From assembly GCA_039916545.1 (NCBI GenBank), contig JBDSLD010000418.1, forward strand, positions 2,087 to 66,086: 64,000 nt of DNA, written 5' to 3'. The stretch is from Ferruginibacter sp. (GTDB lineage Bacteria; Bacteroidota; Bacteroidia; Chitinophagales; Chitinophagaceae). Shown here piece by piece: positions 48,974 to 58,211 of the stretch. Each line of letters begins with the position of its first letter. Position 1 is the first letter of the stretch. The position numbers and the translations under genes are program-made. The notes under the pieces were generated by a model that saw nothing but the letters and a program-made list of their open reading frames with translations, had not been told where the DNA came from and did no database searches.

Positions 48974-51136
48974 TTAATCACCCGGATGATATGATCTTTC
49001 CATTTCTTTCAACACATCTTCTCTATAAAACAACACGTCTTTAAATTTGCCGTCAATATACAATTGCGCCTGGTCGGTAAAATGTTTTGAATCCGGGTCA
49101 AAGGATTGCCCGCCCGGCACAATTGATTTCGCTTTTATTCTTTTACCGAATTCTACCACAGCTACGAAACTGTTGCCTGCTACGCCATATCCTTTTTTAT
49201 TATTGTCCCAGCTTATTTCGTAGGCCGGCAAAGAGCCAAACAATGATGAGGCCGCTCCTACAGGCAGACTTGGTTTATCATCATTAAATTGCGCATATAC
49301 GGAACCGGAAGTTCTTTGAAACCGGTTCATTTCTCCCCAGGGTATTTTCCAGGTGCCATGTAATTGCTGCAGCCCGTTCACAATTTCGCTTAGTATTTCC
49401 AGCCTTTTTGCAGGCGGCGTATTTTTTATCAGGGTTATATAAAGATCATCACTTGATGAACTGGTGTTGTTTGATAAAAGCGTATAGCCCCAAAGGATAG
49501 CAATAGTTGAAGCCACCGAAGATGTAGAGGATATTTTATCCCATGCCTTCAGCAATTCTACCGGTTCTTTCAATTGGGTATATAATTTGCCTGATACCGG
49601 TAGTTGATCAAAGTCATTGAGCAAAGGAGGCAATAAACTATCAAAGGCTGCGAGGTAATGACTGGTGCCCAGCGCAGCCAGGCTATCGATTGTGAAATTA
49701 TTTTTCGAAGTCAGCACGCGGATCGCCTGCAGGGAACGAAAATTTTCACCATCCGGCGCCATGTAGGCAGGATACTTTGAGTTGTTAGCAGAATTAAAAC
49801 CAGCCGCGCTGAATGGGCTTGAATTACAGTTTTGAATAAAGCCGCTGGCGGGATTCAATACATTTACAGTCTCCGTTGTTTCATGAGCACCGAGCCATTC
49901 TGTAGCTGGTATATTTCCCGGAACGGGCTTCGTCCAATCATAATGACTATCGCGTTTCGGAATGAAATTGCCGTGCCAGTAAGCGATATTTCCCTTGTCA
50001 TCGGCAAATACCGTATTGGTAGAATTGTTGGATCTAAGTTGCATTGTTTCATTAAAAGACTTATAATCACTTGCTTTCATTCGCTGCCAGGATTGAATCA
50101 ACCCATTGAGTGTGCGGTTTTGTTCTTTTAAACTCAGCCATTTATTATTCCTGCTCCCCATCACGGGCCCGTGATGAGTGAAGTAGGTTGTAAAATCGAC
50201 ATGGTGCATGCCATCTTTTTTATATTTCAATACCATCCGCCTGCTTGTCATGGCCCTTAACTTTCCATCATATTTATACATGAAGCCGCTATCACTGTTA
50301 ATGATCTCTTCTTCGTAAAGATCCGCGGCATCTGCAAGTGAGGAAGTATGCATCCATCCGCAATGCTCATTGAATCCCTGGAAAACAAAAAATTGCCCCC
50401 AGGTAACGGCGCCGTAAGCATTAAGGCCTTCTTCGCTTACGATATGCGCCTCCATTCGAAAATCAAAGGATACGTGCGGATTAATATACAGCAAAGTGTT
50501 TTTCGAAACAGATTTTGACGGGCCTATCGCAAAACCATTCGAACCCATCATTTCTCCGTTAACCATTTTTTTTCCCGGATGTAAGTTTATTGCCCCAGCT
50601 TTATTCAGGTCGTACAGGTGTTGAATATCGTTCATTTCCAGCCCACCATCGAACGTCGATATGTATGCTCCATCGGTCGCCATCAAAGCATACCAGGGTT
50701 CAAAGTGATTTAATAACAACGCCTTTTTTTCAGGATGTTTATATAGATAATAATTTATTCCGTTGGCGAAAGCGTCTAATAATTTAATGAGCCAGGAAGG
50801 GCTTTTTTTGTAGTCCGCGATGGCCGCCGCAGTATCATAGATCAATTTCATTTTAAGGTCGCTGTACAAATAAGCCGGTCCTTCAATTTCGGCCATCCGC
50901 CCAAATTTTTGAATATAGTTCCGCTCCACTCTTTCAAAACTTTCCTCGCATTGCGCATACATCAATCCAAATACCGCGTCAGCATCTGTCTTGCCATAGA
51001 CATGCGGTATTCCCCATTTATCGCGGACAATAGTCACCTGCGAAGCTTGCTCCTTATATTTTTTTACCTCCGTATCAACAGACGAAACGCGGCACCCCAA
51101 TGCAAAAAAAAATAGTATGGATAAGATTTTTTTCAT
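48974..51136 (-). CDS. S45 penicillin/AHL acylase family Ntn-hydrolase
   Basis: It has a signal or lipobox sequence (FFFALGCR). The N-terminal block is VTIVRDKWGIPHVYG.... The putative autoprocessing site MMGSNGFAIGPSKS would expose a Ser nucleophile. Length is ~720 aa. Confidence 0.85.
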   Translation of the reverse strand: MKKILSILFFFALGCRVSSVDTEVKKYKEQASQVTIVRDKWGIPHVYGKTDADAVFGLMYAQCEESFERVERNYIQKFGRMAEIEGPAYLYSDLKMKLIYDTAAAIADYKKSPSWLIKLLDAFANGINYYLYKHPEKKALLLNHFEPWYALMATDGAYISTFDGGLEMNDIQHLYDLNKAGAINLHPGKKMVNGEMMGSNGFAIGPSKSVSKNTLLYINPHVSFDFRMEAHIVSEEGLNAYGAVTWGQFFVFQGFNEHCGWMHTSSLADAADLYEEEIINSDSGFMYKYDGKLRAMTSRRMVLKYKKDGMHHVDFTTYFTHHGPVMGSRNNKWLSLKEQNRTLNGLIQSWQRMKASDYKSFNETMQLRSNNSTNTVFADDKGNIAYWHGNFIPKRDSHYDWTKPVPGNIPATEWLGAHETTETVNVLNPASGFIQNCNSSPFSAAGFNSANNSKYPAYMAPDGENFRSLQAIRVLTSKNNFTIDSLAALGTSHYLAAFDSLLPPLLNDFDQLPVSGKLYTQLKEPVELLKAWDKISSTSSVASTIAILWGYTLLSNNTSSSSDDLYITLIKNTPPAKRLEILSEIVNGLQQLHGTWKIPWGEMNRFQRTSGSVYAQFNDDKPSLPVGAASSLFGSLPAYEISWDNNKKGYGVAGNSFVAVVEFGKRIKAKSIVPGGQSFDPDSKHFTDQAQLYIDGKFKDVLFYREDVLKEMERSYHPGD

Positions 51137-51402
51137 GTTAATTACGCGTGCAAAGTATAAGAAGCAATTTGGAAAATGAAATTTATTTCAATTTTTAAAA
51201 ATCATACAATTAAAAAAGGCGACAAAATAAGTTGCTTTAATTATCAAATTTTGCGGGTCTTTTTAAAATTTACGCAAGGCAGTATCCCTGGAATAAACGG
51301 TCGTTAAATAATTGAGGTAGTAAAAAATAAATCAGAACAAGTAATAAATTTTTGTATTTTGAAGGAGCATTTATTTTTCTGCACGCTACAATTATTCCAC
51401 AA

Positions 51403-52857
51403 ATGATTACAGAACTTCCAGAAAAAAACATTCCCGGTGATGACTTGAAAGCCGCTGCTGTGCAGCCTTTTAGCAACGGACCAGTTGCCAGGTTACAATC
51501 GCTCGATACGTTGCGGGGCATTGGCCTGCTGGGAGGTTTATTTATCAGCATCTGGATATTTGGCGGCTTTAGTGCTAACCAGCAAAACGGTTTGCTGTTA
51601 CAATCAAAGGGAATTAACTACCGGCTTTGGGGAACAATAGAATTATTTTTCGATGGTAAAATGAGGGCGCTGGTATCGCTGGTATTTGGCGCTGCAATGA
51701 TACTTTCTCTCACAAATAAGCAGTATGCAAATAAAATGCCTGGTAGCGACCGGTTCATAAGACGACAAATGTGGCTGATGGCTTTTGGATTGGTAAACGC
51801 GTGGATATTTCTCTGGCCCGGGGACCTGTTGTTCCACCTCGGTATTATAGGTATTTTTCTTTTCCCATTTGTACGGTTAAAAGCAAGGTCTTTATTAATC
51901 GCTGCCATTGTCACCACTTTAATTTTCAGCGCTAAAAACTACTGGAACTATGCAGATGACCGCAACGCCTATGCGAAGTACATTACAGTTACCGGTGTAG
52001 AAAAAAGAATATCAAAAGACTCTCTTTCGGCTGCAAAAAATGGTATTCCTGCCAGGGACCAAAAAAAGGATTCTCTTTCCAGGCAGCAAAAGGAAGATAA
52101 GTCGGCATGGGAAGGAATCGTATCCGGAAAAAAATATGACCCCAAAAAAAATGACGAAGGATATAAAGATATGAGGAGCGGATCTTTTGGAAAGATCTGG
52201 AATTATTTACTGCCATCTGTGCAGAACAATGAAGCCCAGTGGACATACCAGACAGGGTTGTGGGATCTCTCCGGCATGATCCTGTTAGGCATGGCATTGT
52301 TTAAATTTGGTTTTTTCGATTCGTCGTTCGCGAGCAGAAAATACTTATTGCTTACGCTGGCGGGCTTGGCCGCAGGCTTGCTGTTAGGATGGTTCAGGTT
52401 GCAATATAACCAGTACGCACTGCAGGACTATACGCGTTTTACCTCCCGGCACCGGATACCTTTTGACTTGTTCTTTCCCATAGAAAGGGCCATGCTGGCA
52501 TTGGGGTATGCGGGCCTGGCATTGCTACTGATGCGGGCGGGCATATTGAAATTTTTATGGAAGGTATTTGCGGCGGTCGGCCAGATGGCGCTTAGCAATT
52601 ACCTGTTGCAAAGCGTTCTTTGCAGCATATTTTTTACAGGGTTTGGAATGGGATATTTTGGCAGGTTGCAGCAGTATCAATTATATGCAATAGTTGTAGA
52701 AATGAGCGTCATCCAAATAGTATTCAGCATATTATGGTTAAGATACTATTATTATGGTCCTGCAGAATGGCTGCTGAAATGCCTGGTATTTAAAAAATGG
52801 CTGTCCAATAAAAAGTTCCAAACTGAAGTAGCCACTCCGTCAACCATTCTTTCCTGA
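51403..52857 (+). CDS. DUF418 (YeiB-like) membrane protein, paralog 1
   Basis: The track ORF starts at 51352; the ATG at 51403 is more plausible. The N-terminal block reads RLQSLDTLRGIGLLG. The C-terminal DUF418 block reads GQMALSNYLLQSVLCSIFFTGFGMGYFG...GPAEWLLKCL. Confidence 0.85.
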   Translation: MITELPEKNIPGDDLKAAAVQPFSNGPVARLQSLDTLRGIGLLGGLFISIWIFGGFSANQQNGLLLQSKGINYRLWGTIELFFDGKMRALVSLVFGAAMILSLTNKQYANKMPGSDRFIRRQMWLMAFGLVNAWIFLWPGDLLFHLGIIGIFLFPFVRLKARSLLIAAIVTTLIFSAKNYWNYADDRNAYAKYITVTGVEKRISKDSLSAAKNGIPARDQKKDSLSRQQKEDKSAWEGIVSGKKYDPKKNDEGYKDMRSGSFGKIWNYLLPSVQNNEAQWTYQTGLWDLSGMILLGMALFKFGFFDSSFASRKYLLLTLAGLAAGLLLGWFRLQYNQYALQDYTRFTSRHRIPFDLFFPIERAMLALGYAGLALLLMRAGILKFLWKVFAAVGQMALSNYLLQSVLCSIFFTGFGMGYFGRLQQYQLYAIVVEMSVIQIVFSILWLRYYYYGPAEWLLKCLVFKKWLSNKKFQTEVATPSTILS

Positions 52858-52884
52858 TTTATCATACAATAATTTACCAGAAAT

Positions 52885-54288
52885 ATGGACAGCAATACAG
52901 CTCAATTATCCGAAAATAATCCGCCATTGCCGGCTACAAGCCTGTTCCCGGGAAACGGCCAGGAGCCGGTGTTACCCGAAGAAAATCCACGTCCTGTCGA
53001 TATTGCGGAGCGGATCCAAACGGTGGACCTGATCAGGGGATTCGCTTTACTGGGCATTTTATTGATGAACATTCCAGGCTTTGGAATTGATAACAGTGCA
53101 TTTAATACGGTGCTGAGAGGGCCGCACAATTCTACGGATTTTCGCACCATGGCCGTGATCTTCGCTTTTTTCGATGGCACTATGCGCGGATTATTCTCGA
53201 TGCTTTTTGGAGCAGGTATGATCCTGTTCACCCTTAATAAAAAAGAAAGTCCGGGTAATGTGACAGTTGCTGAATATTATTACCGGCGATTGCTTTGGTT
53301 GGTTCTCTTCGGCTTATTTAATGCTTACATACTTTTATGGGAAGGTGATATTTTATTTTATTACGGCCTCTGCGGAATGTTGCTCTATCCTTTCCGGAAA
53401 TCAAGTCCAAAATGGCTGATACTGATCGGCTTTTTTTGTATCGGGATCGGGATGCTAAAAAATATGCTATGGTACAATGAAACCAGGGCCACCAGGGCAA
53501 CTTACCTCGAAGCTGTTGCTGCGGGAAAAGCCAAAACTAAATTAACTGAAAAACAAGAGCAGGCTAAATCGCGCTGGGAAGAAATTGAAAAGAACCAGCA
53601 GACTGATACCAGCAAGGTAAACAAGCATTTGCAAAAAATGCATGCTGGCTATGGAACCATTTTCAACTATTTTATCCCAAGAAATGCCAGTACTGAAACA
53701 TGGGGCACCTATCATGGAATATGGGATATGCTTTCCATGATGTTTATTGGGATGGGGCTATTTATGGTGGGATTTTTTTCGAACAGGCTTTCCACCGGTA
53801 CTTATGCAATGTGGCTGGTTGCAGGATATGGCCTGGGCATCCCGATCGGCTATATTTATTTTTCCGGTATAATCGGCTCCTTCAATGACCTGGGGACCTA
53901 TGTAGATGCTTACAGCGTTCCGCACTGGGTGCTATACGATTTGCGACGGGTATTGCTTTGTATTGGCCATGCCAGTTTGTTATTGCTTGTATACCGTAGC
54001 AGGCTTGTTCCCTGGCTGATGAAGGCCCTTGCGAATGTAGGTCAGATGGCATTTACCAATTACCTGATGCAAAGCATTATTTGTACGCTGTTCTTTTTTG
54101 GGTATGGCCTGGACCATTATAACAATTTTAAATTTCACCAGTTGTATTATGTAGTTGGCAGCGTTTGGATATTCCAGCTGATATTATCACCCATCTGGTT
54201 AAAATATTTTCGTTTTGGTCCTTTCGAATGGCTTTGGCGATCGCTTACTTATTGGAAAAAACAGCCTATGAAGCGTATTAGAGAATAA
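52885..54288 (+). CDS. DUF418 (YeiB-like) membrane protein, paralog 2
   Basis: Blocks present are RIQTVDLIRGFALLGILLMN, GQMAFTNYLMQSIICTLFFFGYGL and FGPFEWLWRSLTYWK. Confidence 0.85.
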   Translation: MDSNTAQLSENNPPLPATSLFPGNGQEPVLPEENPRPVDIAERIQTVDLIRGFALLGILLMNIPGFGIDNSAFNTVLRGPHNSTDFRTMAVIFAFFDGTMRGLFSMLFGAGMILFTLNKKESPGNVTVAEYYYRRLLWLVLFGLFNAYILLWEGDILFYYGLCGMLLYPFRKSSPKWLILIGFFCIGIGMLKNMLWYNETRATRATYLEAVAAGKAKTKLTEKQEQAKSRWEEIEKNQQTDTSKVNKHLQKMHAGYGTIFNYFIPRNASTETWGTYHGIWDMLSMMFIGMGLFMVGFFSNRLSTGTYAMWLVAGYGLGIPIGYIYFSGIIGSFNDLGTYVDAYSVPHWVLYDLRRVLLCIGHASLLLLVYRSRLVPWLMKALANVGQMAFTNYLMQSIICTLFFFGYGLDHYNNFKFHQLYYVVGSVWIFQLILSPIWLKYFRFGPFEWLWRSLTYWKKQPMKRIRE

Positions 54289-54477
54289 GTAAATTATAGC
54301 GACAATTTTGAAGGGCTAATTTCCTTTTGAAATACTTCAAAATTGGGGCAGTAGTATTTTCCAGGCCCAGGGCGCTGACCCCAAAAGTGTTTGAAACCTG
54401 ACAAGGTAGTACAGTAAGTACTTTTGATTGACACTTGTTACTCCACGTTAAATCATGCTCTTTACCGGGAATATTTT

Positions 54478-55536
54478 TTAATCCCTCGTGTTTGCTGCTA
54501 CCTGGTTTAAGCGTGCAATTTTTAACTGCACCTTTTTTCTGATATCCGCATCTTCAGATTTGGCCAGGCTGGTTAAAATGCCGGAAGCTTCCGATAGCAA
54601 TTCTTTTCTTTGCCTTGAATTAGAAATGATCTGGCCGGCATCTACCCGTGAAAGATTACAATCTACCTGTGCCAGGCGCAATTCCGCATTTAGTTCATCT
54701 ATCTTTTGTTGCAGGCTGGTTGCTTTATTTTTAAATGTTACGTCTGCTGTACCGGATGTTTTGGCGGCGTCATTCTGCTGCTTTATTAATTTATCGTAGT
54801 CCTGCCGAAGGCTGCTGTAAGTGGTAGTTAATGTGGTGATCTTATTTTCCTGTTGAGCGATGTTTTCTTTCAGTGCCACTATATTTTCATCCCGCTTATC
54901 CGGTTGTTGAGTTAAAGAAGGAGCCGTTGCGGCTGGTACCCGACTGGCTGACATTACTTTCAGCGAGCTCTCCAATGATGCTATGCGGTTGTTTTTTTCC
55001 TGCAATTCATTTTGAATTTTTAGCGAGGTCATTTCGTCGGGGTTCAGGCTTTTTTTATCCTGGTTGATCGCATTTCGTAAACTGCTGATCGAAGGACGGT
55101 TCTGCAACATATTTTTGTAGACGGTTACATTATCGATCAATAAATTATTTAATACCGTATCTGTCTGCACGGGTGTATTCAAGAAAATACTGTCGATCGT
55201 TCCACGAAAGATTTCTTCCTGTGCATGGATCAACCGGTTAGCGGAATCAAGCGCTTTTTTATCATTGGTTTTGGTCAAAAGATCCACATATTGCTGATCC
55301 AGCTGCTGGAGCGCGTTTAGCCGGCGGGTGAGTAAGTCGTTATAAGATAGCAATAAATCATAGTAAGAGGCCGATTGCTTTGGGAGCTGCGAACGGTCGT
55401 TCTTTGTAACAACGGTAAATTCTTCTTTCTGTAAAAGAATTGCTACCAGGTAAGATGCGATACCCGCAGTAGTAAGTAATATCAATGAAAACAATATTAT
55501 TTTTTTTGCTTTATTTGGGCGGTTTGCTGGATTCAT
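54478..55536 (-). CDS. hypothetical membrane-anchored coiled-coil protein
   Basis: One N-terminal TM helix (IILFSLILLTTAGIASYLVAILL) is followed by ~300 aa of Q/N/L/K-rich heptad-like sequence. It is the third gene of a tightly packed operon. Confidence 0.6.
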   Translation of the reverse strand: MNPANRPNKAKKIILFSLILLTTAGIASYLVAILLQKEEFTVVTKNDRSQLPKQSASYYDLLLSYNDLLTRRLNALQQLDQQYVDLLTKTNDKKALDSANRLIHAQEEIFRGTIDSIFLNTPVQTDTVLNNLLIDNVTVYKNMLQNRPSISSLRNAINQDKKSLNPDEMTSLKIQNELQEKNNRIASLESSLKVMSASRVPAATAPSLTQQPDKRDENIVALKENIAQQENKITTLTTTYSSLRQDYDKLIKQQNDAAKTSGTADVTFKNKATSLQQKIDELNAELRLAQVDCNLSRVDAGQIISNSRQRKELLSEASGILTSLAKSEDADIRKKVQLKIARLNQVAANTRD

Positions 55537-55548
55537 ATTGAGTAAATT

Positions 55549-56379
55549 TTATTTTAAACCGGCCGGCTCCGTCACGCTGATGCGCTCTGCCAAAACGGTG
55601 TCTTTTTCTTTAATGTTATTTTCAATGACTGTTACTTCCGGATCGATCACCCTTTTACCAAAAGGTTTTTGAAGAAAAAATTTCCACGCAAATGGCTGAT
55701 GCTGCTGATCGGTCAATTCGATTAATACATTTTCCTCTGCCCTGTCCCGTACGAATTGGTGAAATATATGTCCGAGCGGCAAATGGCCGGGAATGGTTAC
55801 CTGGAATGTCGTTTCAGCTATGTCAAAATAATGTTGTTTTACTTTAATTTTTACCTGCAGACTGTTTAGATAAATGGACATTTTCTTCGGCATGGCCGCA
55901 GGAAGGTACCAGGCCAGGTCCGACCGGGGAGCAATTGCATCGAAATGATTCCATGCGTATAAAATGACGGTCGGCAATAAAAAACTACAGGCACCTGCTA
56001 TCGCTAACTGCGGTTTTTCAAAATCCGCAAAACCAAATACCAGGAAAGCTGCCACTCCCGCAAGTATGGCCATCAGCAGTGAAAATTGGAACCTTATTTT
56101 TTTATCCTGTTCATGCACATCGCGCAGCCACTTTGGAAAATAAAAAATATGCCCTATACCAAATATAAAAAGAACACTTACGTACATGGTCTTTTTAGCC
56201 TGGCCGGATATCTCCCAATCTAAATTCATGGTAAAAGTCAAAGCCAACGCAGTTGATACTGCCGTTAAAATCAACAGGTATAAAATAATTCTTTTAACCG
56301 GGTGTATCATCGAAGAGGCAGACCCGTCCATTAATATGTCCTGCTGTTCGTATTCTGCAAACCTGGGTTCCATACTCAT
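55549..56379 (-). CDS. hypothetical polytopic membrane protein with C-terminal soluble domain
   Basis: Four hydrophobic helices span residues ~30-150. A ~110-aa hydrophilic domain follows. Its start abuts the stop of the upstream gene with 0 nt spacing. Confidence 0.6.
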   Translation of the reverse strand: MSMEPRFAEYEQQDILMDGSASSMIHPVKRIILYLLILTAVSTALALTFTMNLDWEISGQAKKTMYVSVLFIFGIGHIFYFPKWLRDVHEQDKKIRFQFSLLMAILAGVAAFLVFGFADFEKPQLAIAGACSFLLPTVILYAWNHFDAIAPRSDLAWYLPAAMPKKMSIYLNSLQVKIKVKQHYFDIAETTFQVTIPGHLPLGHIFHQFVRDRAEENVLIELTDQQHQPFAWKFFLQKPFGKRVIDPEVTVIENNIKEKDTVLAERISVTEPAGLK

Positions 56380-57381
56380 TTATTTAAATTGATACGTCAA
56401 TCCAATCTGTAAACCAACATAGTCGATTGGTATCCGTTGAACAATAGTCTGCGAGGGCTTGTTGGGATCATTGTTAGCAGCATTGCTGGAGAAGGACCGC
56501 ACAAACACCAACTCGCGCGCGCTCACAGGAAAACTGTTTTCAAGGTGTTCCTTATCTACTACATAATCTGTCAGTGTTCTTTTATGAATTACAAATACGG
56601 TATGAGAAAATTGCAATTCTGCAAATGCCCTTATCTTATCGGCTACTTTAAACTGTGCACCGATGGCACCCAAAAAACCGAAGGCGGGGTTATTGATCTG
56701 CCACTCATATTTCTTCATTGTCCTGCTGCTTGAGTCTTTATAAAACCCCTGCCAGCCCATCGATGTCTTCACTTCAGTTACATCCTCCTGGAGGCTATTG
56801 GGCCTGAAAGTAATGATGGCACCCACTTTATTGTACAGGAACCACTTGGGTCGCGATATCGCTTTAAAAGTAATATTGGGCGTAAGGCTCAATAAAGTGG
56901 CATGATAAGAAAGCGTATTTTGTTCAACATAATGGTTTTCATCCGCTGTTGTTGGAGTAATGATCGGGAGGTTAGTCTGGTGGAAACTTGAGTCCCTGGT
57001 CTTTTTAATAGTGCTGCTGAAATAATCAAAATCGAGCCCTACGTTAATAAAGTCATTGATAATATAGGACCCGCCAAAACCAAATTTAAATCCATCGCCC
57101 AATCCTTTTGTTGGGTTCGAATAAGAAACTGTTTTTACAGCAGGATCAGTTCCATTTTGATTGACAGTGATCGCACTGATGTCATCCGGATAAAATTTAA
57201 ATGTAGAGCCCATTCCAAAGGCGTATCCGCTATGTATATTGACCATAAAGCGAGGTTCTTTGGCAATATGGATGGCAGGAGTCAATGTATCTGAATCATC
57301 ATTATTCACCTGCTTTTTTTTCTGGCTAAAACATAACAGCGTTACTGCAATAAACAGCGTAGTAAGTGTGGTTCTTTTCAT
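56380..57381 (-). CDS. hypothetical outer-membrane beta-barrel protein
   Basis: It has a signal peptide (MKRTTLTTLFIAVTLLCFSQ). The sequence alternates aromatic and Gly beta-strand patterns. The C-terminus ends ...VGLQIGLTYQFK, with a terminal aromatic near the end. Confidence 0.6.
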   Translation of the reverse strand: MKRTTLTTLFIAVTLLCFSQKKKQVNNDDSDTLTPAIHIAKEPRFMVNIHSGYAFGMGSTFKFYPDDISAITVNQNGTDPAVKTVSYSNPTKGLGDGFKFGFGGSYIINDFINVGLDFDYFSSTIKKTRDSSFHQTNLPIITPTTADENHYVEQNTLSYHATLLSLTPNITFKAISRPKWFLYNKVGAIITFRPNSLQEDVTEVKTSMGWQGFYKDSSSRTMKKYEWQINNPAFGFLGAIGAQFKVADKIRAFAELQFSHTVFVIHKRTLTDYVVDKEHLENSFPVSARELVFVRSFSSNAANNDPNKPSQTIVQRIPIDYVGLQIGLTYQFK

Positions 57382-58211
57382 AATTACCGGGGTTTATAAA
57401 GATTTAAAAGTTTTGGTTTGTTTGTTTGTTTATGCAGGCAATGGATTTATTCTTGCTGTTCAATATTTTCATAACTGCTACAGTCTTGCATAAAGACGGA
57501 ACATTATTTCAAATAGTGCAAACATCGGTTCCCGGTATGAGCGGGCAAGTAACATACTGACAAAAAAATTGCTAAAATTTGCGGTTGGTGAGGTAAGTAC
57601 CCGGGTGTGATTGGTCGAAAATTCTGAACGATATTGAAACAAGTAATTTCTTTTACGACCCTCATTATTCCCAGTCATAAAAATTATAATTGAAACAACT
57701 GGTTTTATTTATCCGCTATCAAACTGGTAAATAATATTTACGGTAGGTATAGCAATATTGGTCCAACATTTTGTATGGCCGAAAGCATATACCACTGTAA
57801 AGTCTTATGTACTTAACTTAATTGCGTTTTTTAGGGATGGCACATATGGCCATAGGATTTCAAGGATAGTGAATAGATGAATAGTTACGTAATAATTTAA
57901 AATTGGGTTTTAAATTAATTTTTTATTTACCGTATACCTAAATAAATAGCCAAAAGACCAGGTAAATAAACACGCACACTATAATTGTATGAATTGTATT
58001 GGTTGGAGATAGGTATTAAATTATTGAGTTCTTCTTATGACAAATCAAACGCAATGCCAGTTAGCGTAATAAGCCACAGAGCGTCTGGTGTTGTGAACTG
58101 CACTTGGAAAAAATGTGTAGAATATTCCACAAGCCTTTGATAATTGTTGGGAGATGGTAGAACTATTTTATCGCTGTTTCAATATTTGCATCCGTCATTT
58201 GAACGCAAGGT

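Noticed and set aside
54478-57381. Bacteroidota T6SS-iii membrane components (TssN/TssO/TssP-like) as an explanation for the three-gene operon.
   Set aside because: No sheath, tube, baseplate, ClpV or VgrG genes are anywhere in the window. I cannot verify sequence similarity from memory, so I kept the operon as an unassigned envelope operon.
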